Shown: piece after piece, positions 22,901 through 35,370 of the stretch | How the letters are laid out: each line of letters begins with the position of its first letter | Numbering within the stretch: position 1 is the stretch's first letter | Assembly: GCA_001179505.1 (NCBI GenBank) | Contig: CDMY01000859.1 | Coordinates: forward strand, 1-64,000 | DNA: 64,000 nt | Direction: 5' to 3' | Origin: Vitrella brassicaformis CCMP3155 | Lineage: Eukaryota > Protista > Chromerida | Made by a program: the position numbers and the translations under genes | Notes under the pieces: model-generated | The model's input: only the letters and a program-made list of their open reading frames with translations | Database searches by the model: none | Told to the model about the DNA's origin: nothing

Positions 22901-23033
22901 CGATCAGCAGGCTCCATTCAGCTGCGTTGTCTTCCTCACCTCTCGTCTGCCGACTATCAGGGGCCGTTTGGCCGTGACCCACGACCAGAAGGCTCACGGC
23001 CAGCCTAGCGGCAAAGTGCCAGGTCATCTCCAT
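19981..23033 (-). CDS. Secreted mosaic protein: signal peptide, Cys-rich repeats, beta-sandwich/PPC-like modules, 2 PAN/apple domains
   Basis: Start MEMTWHFAARLAVSLLVVGHG (exon 1, phase-1 junction into GAEVCRRATCEKHELLYDPDC). Two CC..C..C...C......CC...I......C....PCI repeats (~21990-22400). AGTYYIVAGGLGGSSGLLELDIGC. PANs CFQFLPLNDL...CAEACLADTMCGGYTF...CCYLK and CFAVKPNMDY...CANKCVETDDCLAYQY...CCYLK. Confidence 0.8.
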
Positions 23034-23189
23034 CGCCACCAGCGGCAAAGTGTTTTCTGTACTGTACTTTTATTTTGTCCGCCGGCGCACACCCTGGCGT
23101 TTGTGATCTGAAAATTCCGGTGTCTTCCGCCGCCTCCCCCAACGGTCAAGCAACGTTCTAGAGTCCTGGCTGCTGCCGTGCTTCCCGTG

Positions 23190-25314
23190 ATGGCCGACAC
23201 GGGTGGTCACGAACGGTCCCCGCCACCTCAGCTGTGCCTTCCCAAGCCCGAGGAGGATGCCTCACCATCTTCGACCCTCGCATCGACGCCTCCTGCGAGC
23301 CCATCCCCATACCTGAAGGCTGAGGCGCCGCTGTGGGGTGCTGACGCCCGAGAATCACAGCTTTTGGACGCACAGGCGAGGGCAAAGGTCAAGGTCAGTG
23401 GGGGAGAAAGAAATGGGGTGTGAAATGTCCCAGTTCGGCCGTCTGTGTGGTGTGTGGGTCACCCAGATACTGCAGCGCAGCCCTGATGACGGCATTGACG
23501 ACCCCGAGCGCCACCTCGTCCGTCAGATAGTCGAGTCGGAGGACCTGGACGACCCCTTCGTCCTTGTCGACCTCCAGAAGGTGAGAGTGGAAGGGCTGGC
23601 GCCGGGAAACAATGGTCGGCAGACACGTGATCATATGTGCGGCTCGTTGCTGTCAGGTCATTGAGCAGTTCAAGCGTTGGCGCAGGCTTTTGCCTCGCGT
23701 CACGCCCTTCTACGCCGTAAGCCTTTCGTCGCGACAATGACGCTCGCTGACTCTTTGGTGTCTCCAGGTCAAGTGCAACCCTGATCCTGTCATCATTCAG
23801 CTGATCGCCTCACTCGGAGGCTGCTTTGACTGCGCTTCGAAGGGAGAGATCAAACAGGTCGGCAGACGGACGAATTCCTTGGCCTTGTGGTCTGCGAGTA
23901 TCCTCATTTGTGTGTTGTGCAGGTTTTGGATCTCGGCGTCCCCCCCACGCAGATCGTCTACTCGAATCCATGCAAGCAGGTTTCCCACCTCAAGTTTGCC
24001 CGCGACCAGGGAGTGGCACTCACGGTCTTCGACAACAAAGACGAGCTCCACAAGATCAAGGTCCATGCGTCCCTTGAAAACGAATACCTCCACAGCACAC
24101 ACATGTCCCTCCCTGCCTTGGCCGCGCAGGCGCACCATCCTGACGCCGAGCTGATGCTGCGCATCTGGACAGATGACAGCATGCTGTCGGAGACGGGTGC
24201 ATTGTCAGTCAAGTTCGGTGCCCTGCCCGACACGTGGGGTGCACTGCTGGACATTGCCAAAGGCCTCCAGCTCAGTGTGGTACACACGACAGCTCAGCTA
24301 ACACATCAATCTGCCTGCCGCAGCCCTCTTTTTTCTGCCTTTTGGAGTCTTGCAGGTGGGTGTGCACTTCCACGTGGGTTCTGGGTGTCGTCATGCGGGC
24401 GCCTTCACCGAGGCCCTCAACAATGCTCACCGTGTATTCGACTTGGCTGAGAAGCGGGGTTTCACCTTCAAGTACCTCGACATCGGTGGGGGCTTCCCGG
24501 GGGAGATGCCCGGCAGCACGAGGCATGAGGGAATGCCGCAGTTTGAGGACCTCGCGGCAGAGATCACACCTTTGTTGACCGATCTCTTCCCCAAAGAGGT
24601 GAATACACGCTGTCCATAGATGTGACACAAGCCATGTCTCCCTGTCTGCCGTGTGTGTTCTGCGCAGATTGCCGTATTGGGCGAGCCGGGTCGTTACTTC
24701 GCCACTGCGTGTCAGACGCTGGCCGTCAAGGTGTTCGCCAAGCGGGCGCCGGTGCGGCGAAAGAGTCTCAGCGCCGTCATCCGTCTGAGCGAGACACAGA
24801 ATGACCAGGATGCGACGCGGTTCATCTACTACCTGAATGAGGGCTTCTACGGGGCCTTCAACTGCATCAAAAACGACAACCATGAAGCCACGCCCGAGCT
24901 GCTCAAGTGGGGCAAGAGACACGGCCAGAATCCATCTCTCTGTGTGTCTTCGTCTGTCTGTCTGTCTGTTTGTGTGTGCAGTCCGCGTGACGAGGAGACG
25001 ACGACCAAGTACGATTCCCTGGTGTTTGGCCCGACGTGTGATGGCATCGACATCATCCTCAAGGAATACCCACTGCCCGAATTAAAGGTACTTCCAACCA
25101 ACATGACGTTCCTCTCAGCTGTCGCCACACAAAGGCGTGTCTTTCTGTGTTTTGCCTGCAGGTCGGTGAGTGGCTGTTGTTTCGTGACATGGGGGCGTAC
25201 ACGACGTCTAGCTCATGCAACTTCAACGGGTTCGCCAAGGCCCTCTCGCGCTACTGCCGCATCATACCGCCCCCCTCGCCACACAGAAGACACACGCCCT
25301 CAAGAGTCGTCTGA
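23190..25314 (+). CDS. ODC: Ornithine decarboxylase (PLP-dependent, fold III); multi-exon
   Basis: PFYA|VKCN (PLP lysine), [55 protein letters not shown] (catalytic Cys), [17 protein letters not shown]. Confidence 0.97.
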
Positions 25315-25839
25315 CATGATCCGCCATTTCACTATGTGTGTCTGTCTGTGCATGTATCACCTGGTTTCTGCAGTGACGTGATGTGCTAGATGTGTGTTGG
25401 ATGGGAGTGAGTATCTGTCTGTCTCTGATGGATCGATCACGGGACTTTGCTGTGGGATTCTGCATGTGGGATCATTTGGTGTGTGGGAACCCCCCTGTTT
25501 CCCTTTCTTTTCTGGTTGTACTTCGGTGTACATAGCTTAATCTCAAGGCACGGCGCACGGTCGCGCAGCTAGGTCTCATCTCATCTCACCAGCGAGAAAT
25601 TGCATGCACCTGTCGTGGCTATCCGTCTGCAGGGTGTCCCATACCCGTCAGCTGATCATCATTTCCACCAGCAGCGTGCGACGAAGCCACATGTTGCTGC
25701 AGCGCCAGAACAGGCGGCGGCGTCGCCCGCGGTCGGCGGAATGATCACCAGCAAACAGAGCACACCAGCTCACACTCATGCTGTCCCTTCCGATCGAACT
25801 AACAAATAAGGGACTACACCGGATGCATCGCGCCAGCCA

Positions 25840-27475
25840 TCACACAAGACACGGCAACATTTCATTGGTGAACAAATCAGCAGCAGGAGGCAGCTGTGCG
25901 GCAGGGATGGCCTCGCCCGCCCTGTCAGTCACGATCTCGTGTTCAGCCAGGAACTGCAAGAGCTCCTGCCACCTCTCCTCCTCCATGCGGCCCCACCCAC
26001 CGTCGGCTGTCAGGTAGCTGCCCGTGATGGCGTCCTGGGAGGCCGCTACGAATGCAGTGTCGGCCAGTGAGGCGTGCCGGGCCGTCTCGCACAAAAGCTT
26101 GGCCGCCTCTTGCCTGCATCATGGGGGGGAGGCAGAGAAACGACCCGTGTATCCACCCGATGCATCGATGGGTTGTGTACCTGTTGGTTTCTGCGAACGC
26201 ATATCCCCGTGCAGTGGCCTTGAGGAAGCTCTTGACTGATGCGGCAAATGCAGCATCCTTCAGCTTGTCGCCCCGACACAGCAGCACTGAACAAACCACA
26301 GCCAAAAATCTTGGAAACCAGGTGTGTGTGTGTCCGTCATGTGTACCTGGGCTGTAGCCGTAGGGGACGGCATAGTCCTCAAGCTTGAAGTACGTCAGCT
26401 CACTGCCAAGCCTGACGGATGAACACCAGACAGACATGCCACGCAAGTACATGTGCGTATTGCTTGTGTGCAGCTGCCTTGCTAGGGTGAGCAGTCCATA
26501 CCTTTCTGCGAGCACGCCCTCCCAGTGGGTGAAGATCCAGGTAGCGTCAGCCTTGGAGGCGCGAAGCATCGACTCGACCACAGAGGAGGCCTTCATCGTC
26601 TGACACACAGGCCAAACAGACACATGGATGGGTGGAGGGATGGGGGAAGGGATGGATGAAGCGAGTCACCTCTTGGTCTTGGTAGCCGTGGAAGTTGAGC
26701 AGCTTCTCTTCAACATCGCCCCTCCCACCATCATTCCTCACCATCTGACCCACAAGGCAGACCAACAACACTCACTCACTCACTCACTTATGTGTGCATC
26801 TCTTTCCCTCCCTCCCTCCCTCCCTCCCTCCCTCCCTCACCTGTTTGACGATGCCCATCTCGAAGCGGCCCTCGTAGGATGCGTATGCCTTGCCATCAAG
26901 GTCGCGGGGCCTCGATATGCCACTGGCCTTCATCGTCACGATGGCTGACGTCGACTTCTGCAGGAGCGCTGCAACCGCCACCAGCCTGGGCTTTGACGGT
27001 TCGGTCGTGTGGAAGCTGCATACATACACATGTGCATTGCACACGTGGTCGTGCCAGGCAGGGTCCTTGTGATGCATGTTTCCCTCTGACCTGATGGCGC
27101 TTTCGCTCGGCGTCACTGCAAAGTCCGCCTCGCCTGCCGCCACCTGGGAATGCGCACACACACTACACTCATGAACAGGCGCACACAGGGGCTGACAACC
27201 AAAGGGAGATCTTGACCTTTCGTGCTGGGGTGAGCTTCGCCTGACTGGGCTCCGATGGCGCCTCACTGCCTTGTGTGGAGGGCTCATCGGGCGAGATGCA
27301 CACGACATCCAGGCCCTCCTCCTTGTACCTGTGAGGTGTACACACAGATCTTCGTGTATGCAATGCTGAACGGTACTATCCTCCTTACACACCAGCTTTT
27401 CGCGATGGCAACGTAGATGCCCGTGTGGTTGGTGTTTGGCGTCCAGTCAAGGGCAATACGCAGCTGTTGCATCAC
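25840..27475 (-). CDS. NMT1/THI5-fold protein, ThiY/SsuA-type substrate-binding-like; multi-exon
   Basis: LRIALDWTPNTNHTGIYVAIAK|SWYKEEGLDV, ADFAVTPSES, VAVAALLQKSTSAI, RPRDLDGKAYASY, DATWIFTHWEGV, YGYSP, DLFTNEMLP. Confidence 0.88.
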
Positions 27476-27768
27476 GACGGGCAGTCCTAGACCCCAGCGA
27501 GGTCTTAGTTTGGTCTAGGGCAGAGCGTGAAACGCATTAACGGAGAAGCGCCAACACCCTCCAGATTCGTTTTCACCTTCTGGAGCCCATCTTTCGTCCC
27601 AGTGCTTCGATTTCAGCCAAGATCTAGCCACTCGGATTTCGATCGGCTCCGCCTGGTATTCTCCTACCTCTCCACGCCTGCCTGCATCATCCTTCGGCAC
27701 GGCAGTGCGCCGCCCGCATCTCATCTGTCGCAGCTGGACAAGAGCGTGGTGAATCTGAGTTGCCAGAG

Positions 27769-30700
27769 ATGGCGTCCGCGGGCGATGTCCATATGCAGGA
27801 TGCTGACCAGCCGATGGCCAACGGGACGCTGCCCAATGGACCTGCCATCAAGCGCGAAAGGGTGAGCCAAAGGCGATGGGTCACATACAAGGAAGGCCAG
27901 CTCGCTACACGACCAGCCACACGCGAGGACACTGGTCACGTTGTCGTTGGCTGCGATGTGCATCAGGATGAGGACGATGACGACATGCCTCTGGGTCAGG
28001 CGCTGAGGCAGCCCGCGCCCAAGAAGGCCAAGGTGTCCGCCTCGCCCTCGAAAGACGATGACGATGATGACGACGACATGCCCATCTCCTCCTCACGGCC
28101 CAAGGAGAAGCCCAAGGCCGCCGCCAAGAGGACCGACAACAAGGGCGACAAGAGGAAGGACCTCAAGCCCGACAAGGCCAACGGCGCCAGGCGGTCTCCC
28201 TCCCCCTCCCCAGCCTCCAGCGTCAAGGCCAACGGGGCGGCCAGGGCCGCGCCAAAAGGTGGGTGGAGATTCACGCACCACGCAGACCGCGCAACTCACG
28301 GTTGGTTGGAGTCCATGTTGTTGTGTGTGGTTTTGCAGCCAGGGCCACAGCCAAGCCGAAGCGTGTGATAGTCAAGACGGAGGCTGACTTCGAGCCGCTC
28401 AACTGCTGGTGGGAGAAGGAGAACTTGGGGGCCAGCAAGGGGGTCAAGGACACCACCAAGCAGGTACATACCGACAGACAGGAGAGAGAGGGCGGCCAGT
28501 GGATTGGATGGATGTGCACCTAGCGTGTCTCTCCGTGTGTGTGTGGTGCAGTGGGACTATCTGGAGCATCACGGTGTCATCTTCACTCCTCAGTACGAGC
28601 CACACGGTGTCAAAATACGATACGACGGTGAGCACCCCACACATCCGAAACACAAGTATCGCATCTCACCCATCGATGGATGCATACAAAAATGGATTGA
28701 TGGATGTTGACCGCCGTGCACTCCTTGTTCAGGGGAGCCCATGGCGTTACCGCCAGATGCAGAGGAAGTGGCCAACTTCTGGTGGGTGACCGAATGAATG
28801 GGAAAGCGTGTCGGTGCATGACATGGCAGGCACGTTGGTTCTTTCCTGCCTGCAGGGCGCAGCAGCTGGATGGCGATCGTGTTGGCAAGGAGAAGTTCAG
28901 AACCAACTTCTGGAAGGCGTTCAAATCAAAGCTGCCCAAGGTGAGGGAGAGAGGATACACGTGACAACACACACGTAGCGCACTGTCATGCACTCGTCAC
29001 GCTCCCTTGGTGTGTGCAGGACCACCCCATCAAGAGCATCGACAAGTGCGACTTTCGGCCGATCAAACAGGTCGGTCAGTCAGGCCGGAGTGCGTGCCAT
29101 GTGTGGTGTCAGTCACATGGTGTGGTGTGCTGGTCGGTGTGTGGTGTGTGTGTGCAGCATTTGGATGCCGACAAGGAGCGGAAGAAGAACAGGTCCAAGG
29201 AGGAGAAGGAAGAGGAGAAGAAACAAAAGGCCGCATACGACGCGCCATACCAATTCGCCCTCGTCGACCACATACGAGAGAAGGTCCGTCCGCAACATGG
29301 CCCCACACCGTTCGTGTGTGCGGGCATGCATGTATATGCACGTGTACGATCTGTGTCTGTCTGCGTGTCACCCACCCTTTCAGATTGGCAACTTTCGTGT
29401 GGAGCCCCCCGGTCTGTTCATGGGTCGCGGCGAGCACCCCAAGCAGGGGCAGCTCAAGGGCCGCATTTTTCCAGAGCAGGTCACCCTCAACCTCGCCAAA
29501 GACGCACCAGTGCCACGCATTCCCAACGACGGACCCCCGGGCCATGCGTGGGGGGATGTCCATCACAACAACACCTCGACATGGTACATACAGTACACAT
29601 GTGGGTGGGGTGCGTGTGGGGGGAGAGGGGGAGATGAAAGGAGGGAGGGATACGATTGGATTGATGCTCTGACTGACCTGTCTACTCTGTGTGGTTGTAG
29701 GTTGGCCTGGTACAAGGACACGATCAACGGTGCGGTCAAGTACGTCTTCCTGGGCGCTGCCTCGGGGTTCAAGGGCATGAGCGACTTCCTCAAATACGAA
29801 AAAGCCAGGAAACTCAAAGTCAGTTACTTAACCAGCACACCCATGCATGGCACCCAGCACAGTGTAGTATATATGGGTGCATCGCCCTCGCTCTTCTCCT
29901 TCTGTCAGGACTACATCGGTGCCATCCGTGATGACTACGCCAGGAAGATGAAGTGTACGCAGCGCGACACTGCGCAGGTCCATCAAGCTTGATGGGCTCA
30001 TGCTGTTTGTTGTGCCTGAGTGTGTGCAGCGAAGGACCAGGAGGACCGTGAGCTGGGCACAGCGGTGTATCTGATCGACTTCCTGGCGCTGCGTGTGGGC
30101 GGCGAGAAGGACACCGAGGAGGAGGCCGACACCGTGGGCTGCTGCTCACTGCGGAAGGAGCACATCACATTCGAGGTGCGTGCACACACACGCGCAGACA
30201 CACACCCACGAGATGTACGCTTGTCTATGTGTGTGTCGATCCCTCAGGATGGCTACAAGATCACTCTTGACTTCCTGGGCAAGGATTCCATCCGATACCA
30301 TCAGACCAGCAAGGTCAGGCCTACGGCACACACACGACACATCCATCCTGTGCGTGTGGCTGGCATGAATGCATGTGTGTTCATCGTGTGTGTGTGTGTG
30401 TCTGTCTGTGTGTGTAGATCGAGGAGATAGCGTACCACAACCTCAAGTCCTTCTGCAAGGGCAAGAAGGACGACGAGGACATATTCGACATCGATGTGCG
30501 CGGGGAGGACGGATGACACAACACGCACACACACCTGCTGACGCCGACTGACGTGTGGTTTGTGTCATGTCAGCCGGCTCGTCTGAACAAGTATCTGAAG
30601 GAGCTGATGCCCGACCTCTCGGCCAAGGTCTTCCGGACATACAACGCATCCGTCACACTACAGCAACGTACAAACACAGCCAACAAAGGCACACACACTC

Positions 30701-31846
30701 ATCCAAATGTCCACGTGTCTGTTGGTGCATCCTGTCCTGCGTGTGTGTCAGAGCTGGACAAAATAGGCGAGAAGGGCGTCGACGTGAGCAAGCCCGACGA
30801 GCTGCTCAGCTTCTACAACGACTGCAATAGGTGCATCACACAGACACACGCCGCTGCCACTGCTCGTGTCGAATGGGCTGCATCCTCCTACTGTGTGTGC
30901 CTTCTGTGTGTGGGTGTGCAGGGAGGTGGCCATCCTGTGTAACCATCAGCGGAGTGTGCCCAAGGGACATGCAGCATCAATGGAGAAGGCACAGAAGAAG
31001 GTGTGTGCGCGCACACGTCCATGCAGCCGACACATCCACCACCACCCCATCTGGCTCTGTGTGTGTCGCGCGTGTCGTCATGTGCAAATGCAACCAATAC
31101 AGTTGGATGAGTTGAACGAGGACATCCAGGAAGTGGAGGACTACCTCGAGTACCTCCGGACCGGCAAAAAGAAGAAGACACCCAAAGTCGAAAAGAAAGA
31201 GGTCAGCCAGCCAGCCAGCCAGCCGGGCAGGCGGGCGGGCGGCACGCTACACCAGCCAGTGTCATGCGTATGTATGTTTGTCCGTCCTCGCTCGCTGTCC
31301 TGCAGGAGGGTGAGAAGGAGCGCAAGCCGGTGGTCAAGGACGGCATGAAGGAAGATGCCGCCAAGAAGAAACTGGACACACTCAAGTGAGCCTTCGACGG
31401 GAAGTGAGCAGAGATGGGGCATGGCATGGATGGGCTGTGCATTCATTGGGTGGGTGTGCAGGAGCCAGAGGTCCAAGCACGAGTTGACCATGAAGATGAA
31501 GGACGACAACAAGGCCGTCGCCCTCAGCACCTCCAAAATCAACTACATGGACCCCAGGTACCTACACATAACACACCCCCACACCCACCCACACCCACGC
31601 ACCCGCACCCCAACCGACCAACCATCGTCTGTGTGCGGTCACTCAGGATCACGGTAGCCTTCTGCAAGAAGTATGAGATGACCATCGAGAAGGTCTTCAA
31701 CAAGGTGGGTGTGCAAGTGGTGGATAGATAGCATGGGTGGGTGGCCACACTATCTTCACTTGTCGGTTTGTTTCACCGTGTGTGTGCAGGGTCTGCGCAC
31801 CAAGTTCCCCTGGGCCATGTACAGCAAGTCTGACTTCGTGTTTTGA
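27769..31846 (+). CDS. TOP1: DNA topoisomerase I (type IB); many exons
   Basis: [90 protein letters not shown] (catalytic Tyr), KFPWAM. Confidence 0.98.
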
Positions 31847-32237
31847 GTAGCCGGCCACCATGTTAGCCAGCCAGCCAGCCAGGCGATTGTGGCGCCTTCT
31901 TACGTTCGCTTCTGGTGTGTCTATGCATGCAAACCTCCAGTTGCAGCTCACGGACCCAATTCGACCGCCGTGTGTGTGAATGATCTGATTGTACCTCACC
32001 TCATCGGAAACACACAACATTGATCGATGCCATGCGATGCGATGCGATGCGATCGATGCACTCAACCATCCATCCATCCATCCACATACGCAATGATCAA
32101 TGATACGCAATGATCGTCCTTCGGTCGGTCGGTCGGTCGGTCGGCCATCTGTTTGTATGTCGGGGGATCGGTAAGCCATCTATTGGTCTGTCTGTGTGCC
32201 CATCCATCCGTCCGTCCGTCCGTCCGTCCATCGATCT

Positions 32238-34028
32238 TCATGTGTAGGGGAAGTCGTCGAGTGGGCTGAGCTTGTCCACCTGCATGGGCACAACACCGCC
32301 TGACGCCCCGCCGGCGCCACTGGGTGACACCCCTCCCCTGTAGAAGGCACTGTGCCGCTGCTGGTAGTGATGCGCAGATGAGAACAGCGGTGGGGGTGAT
32401 GGGGACGGGTGGGCCTTACGTTTGCTGACCACGCACACGCACAAAAACCAAGTGTCAATCAGTCAGAGACACCGCACATTCTGCCCAGCTCTTTGACTCT
32501 GTGTACTGTACCGTGCAGCAGCTGCTTTCGGCCGTGGTCTGGTGGGTGCGTTGGCTGCAGGCGGCAGTGAGGGAGGGCGTGGCGCATACATCGACGGTGG
32601 GGGCCGCAGCTGATTGGGAGGCGCTGGACGCAGTTAAAAGGCACACAAACACAATGAGCACCGACCACTCTACTCGGCTTGGCTTGTGTGTGTTCTACGT
32701 ACGTTGGTGTGGCATTAGGAATGCAGATGCAGGTTTGAATCGCGAGAAGGACGTGGGCTGCTGCACACGCTCCTGCGCGCTGATCTTCTTGAGCAACAAC
32801 GCCCTGACAGCACACAGTCAATGAGACATGGCGAAGGCAGTGTGACTGACCCTTTCCCAATCTGTTACTTCTTCTTTTGGTGTTCGATGATTTGTTTCTC
32901 AGTGGTGTCGAGTGCAGCCTTCATGTCGAGCATCTCACCGCCCAGCTGATGCATCTTATCACGGTGCTCCTGCAGCGCACAACACACGACACACATACAC
33001 ACACGCCACCTGTAAGGTGCGGCCGACGTGTCTCCCTCCTTCCGCCGCTGCATACCTTCATGTAGATGTCGAGTGCCTGTTTCTCAGCCGCCAGCGTGCG
33101 ATTCAGCGACTCAATCTGACAAACATGTTACGCACATAAGAATGAAGCCCAAATGAATGGATGGCTGCCCGGAGCTCACCTCGGCAGCGGCAGCTTTGTG
33201 GTAGTCTTGTGCCATGTGCAGCTCCTCCTGCAGCGACTCGTTCATCTTGCAGTTCTCCTGGTGGACACACAACACCACATCATCATACCACAGCATACCA
33301 TACCAAATCTGCACTGCAAGCAAACGCCCCCTCCTCCAACGCTTACCGCCTCCCCCTCCTGCAGTTCGGCCAGTGAGGGCAGAGACTCGCCTGCATCGAC
33401 ACACACACACGAACACTCACCGTGTCTGGTGGATTGGGGTCCCCGCCCGCCCACACACACACACGTACACAGCTGACGCTCCTTCTCGACCGCACGCCTG
33501 AATGAAATGAATGTCGACAGAAAGTGTGGTGGAGCTGTTTGTTCCACGAATGTGATGCATACTTGAGCTGTCGGACGGTCTCGTGTAGCGATGAGGCGAC
33601 GAAATGCTCGTCAATGCGCTCAGCAGCCTTGGTGTACTTGACCATCGCCGCACTCGCCACCGCCTTCAACTGCACACACACGAAGAGCCATCCATCCATC
33701 CATGCAGGCAGATCCACCGCCCCACCTGATGGAAGTTGCTGATCTTGGTGTACTGCTGTCGCTTGTCCTCGAGTGACAGACGCGCATCCTCCTGCCGGCA
33801 CTTGTGGACAGGGACGGCCCGTGCAAGCTCCTCAGCCCGTGTGGTGACGGGCAGGACACGGTTGAGGCGTCCGCTGCTCTCCTTCTCTTCGAGTTTGAGG
33901 TTGGTCTGCACGGCATAGCGGAGCCGCTGCAGAAGAGCGGCGTTCTCGTCCTTGAGCGCCGCCACCTCCTTCCGCTTCAGCGACACCACATCCTCCAACA
34001 CTGAAAGACGCTCTGCGATGCAATCCAT
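32238..34028 (-). CDS. Hypothetical coiled-coil protein; multi-exon
   Basis: MDCIAERLSVLEDVVSLKRKEVAALKDENAALLQRL... plus downstream heptad-rich exons (ENCKMNESLQEELHMAQ; EHRDKMHQLGGEMLDMKAALD). Likely last exon ends ...LSPLDDFPYT*. Confidence 0.65.
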
Positions 34029-35070
34029 GGCGCTTTTCTTTGGGCGACGCGATGCGATGTAAACGCGGCGAGGAGTGGTTTTCGCAAAGGTTCGGTCTTT
34101 TGTTCAGACGCGTGTATCAGGGAGAATAGGGAGTTAAGTAGAAATGACGACATCATATAACATCCACCGTATGTCTGTCTGTGTGCCCGTCGGGTCGTGT
34201 GTCCTTCGATCTTTCTGCATATATAATTATATGAGTGCCCTCATCCATCCATCCACCACGCACCGCACGGATCATACCAGCACTCACTCCACACACCCAC
34301 CACGCCGTCACCCATCCGTCATTTTTCGCTTATGTGGACGCTGAGGTCACCCGCACATGCATCTCAACCGCCACCCCCCACTACACACACAGCCGGCCGG
34401 CGTACACGCGTACATGATGTATCAATCAATCAGTCAACCAATCGAGCCGTAGGCAAGTATCCAGGCAGGCAGGCAGGCAGGCAGGCCAGGCAGGCCAGGC
34501 AGGCAGGCAGGCCAGGCAATCTTTCTGTCGGTCATCTCGTGACACATACAAACCAACCCATACCAATGCAATCCACCTCTCATAACAACACAATAAGTAA
34601 GGAGGCGCAGGCGATGGATGTGTGGTTGTCCTTCCCATTGAAAGACAAGCGTGTGTGCGTGTGTGCGTGCGTCCGCGTGATACGGCAGCAAATACATAGC
34701 CAGGCAGCCAGCTGGATAACAGGTAGGTTGATACGTACAGGCAGGCTGGGAGACCAAGGTAGGTTAGGGAAGCTCGGGCGACACCAAACAGAACCCAAGA
34801 AAAATAGAAAGGAAAACACACAAGCCAAGGGAGCCAAGGCAAGGGGAAGCAGGTTGTAGTGAGGCAACGCCCGATCGATCCCTCAAGGGCCCTAGGCGAC
34901 ACCTATCCGTCATTTCATATATGTCATCACTGATTCAGGGACTAGGGAGAAAGCAACCAAGGCCAGGCAGGCAGTGAGGCAGACCCGCACGGACGCACGC
35001 ACTATCGAAGAGAAACACGCTTTGGCTACCTAGGCTTAGGTTGGTGGGTAGGTGGGTGGGTGGGTGGGTG

Positions 35071-35370
35071 NNNNNNNNNNNNNNNNNNNNNNNNNNNNNN
35101 NNNNNNNNNNNNNNNNNNNNNNNNNNNNNNNNNNNNNNNNNNNNNNNNNNNNNNNNNNNNNNNNNNNNNNNNNNNNNNNNNNNNNNNNNNNNNNNNNNNN
35201 NNNNNNNNNNNNNNNNNNNNNNNNNNNNNNNNNNNNNNNNNNNNNNNNNNNNNNNNNNNNNNNNNNNNNNNNNNNNNNNNNNNNNNNNNNNNNNNNNNNN
35301 NNNNNNNNNNNNNNNNNNNNNNNNNNNNNNNNNNNNNNNNNNNNNNNNNNNNNNNNNNNNNNNNNNNNNN
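35071..35370. other. Assembly gap (300 N); the same 36 nt occur on both flanks (35035-35070 = 35371-35406)
   Basis: N run; identical flanks cttaggttggtgggtaggtgggtgggtgggtgggtg. Confidence 1.

Noticed and set aside
23190-25314. Antizyme-type frameshift or antizyme-inhibitor identity at the ODC locus
   Set aside because: The exons join in frame, the catalytic residues are intact, and no antizyme-like ORF was seen nearby.
25840-27475. Calling the gene THI5/NMT1 (HMP-P synthase)
   Set aside because: The K62/H66 equivalents and the CCCXC motif were not seen; only the fold is supported.
34755-35045. ttagg/ttaggg-like motifs suggesting interstitial telomeric repeats
   Set aside because: They are isolated occurrences embedded in other SSRs, not tandem arrays.
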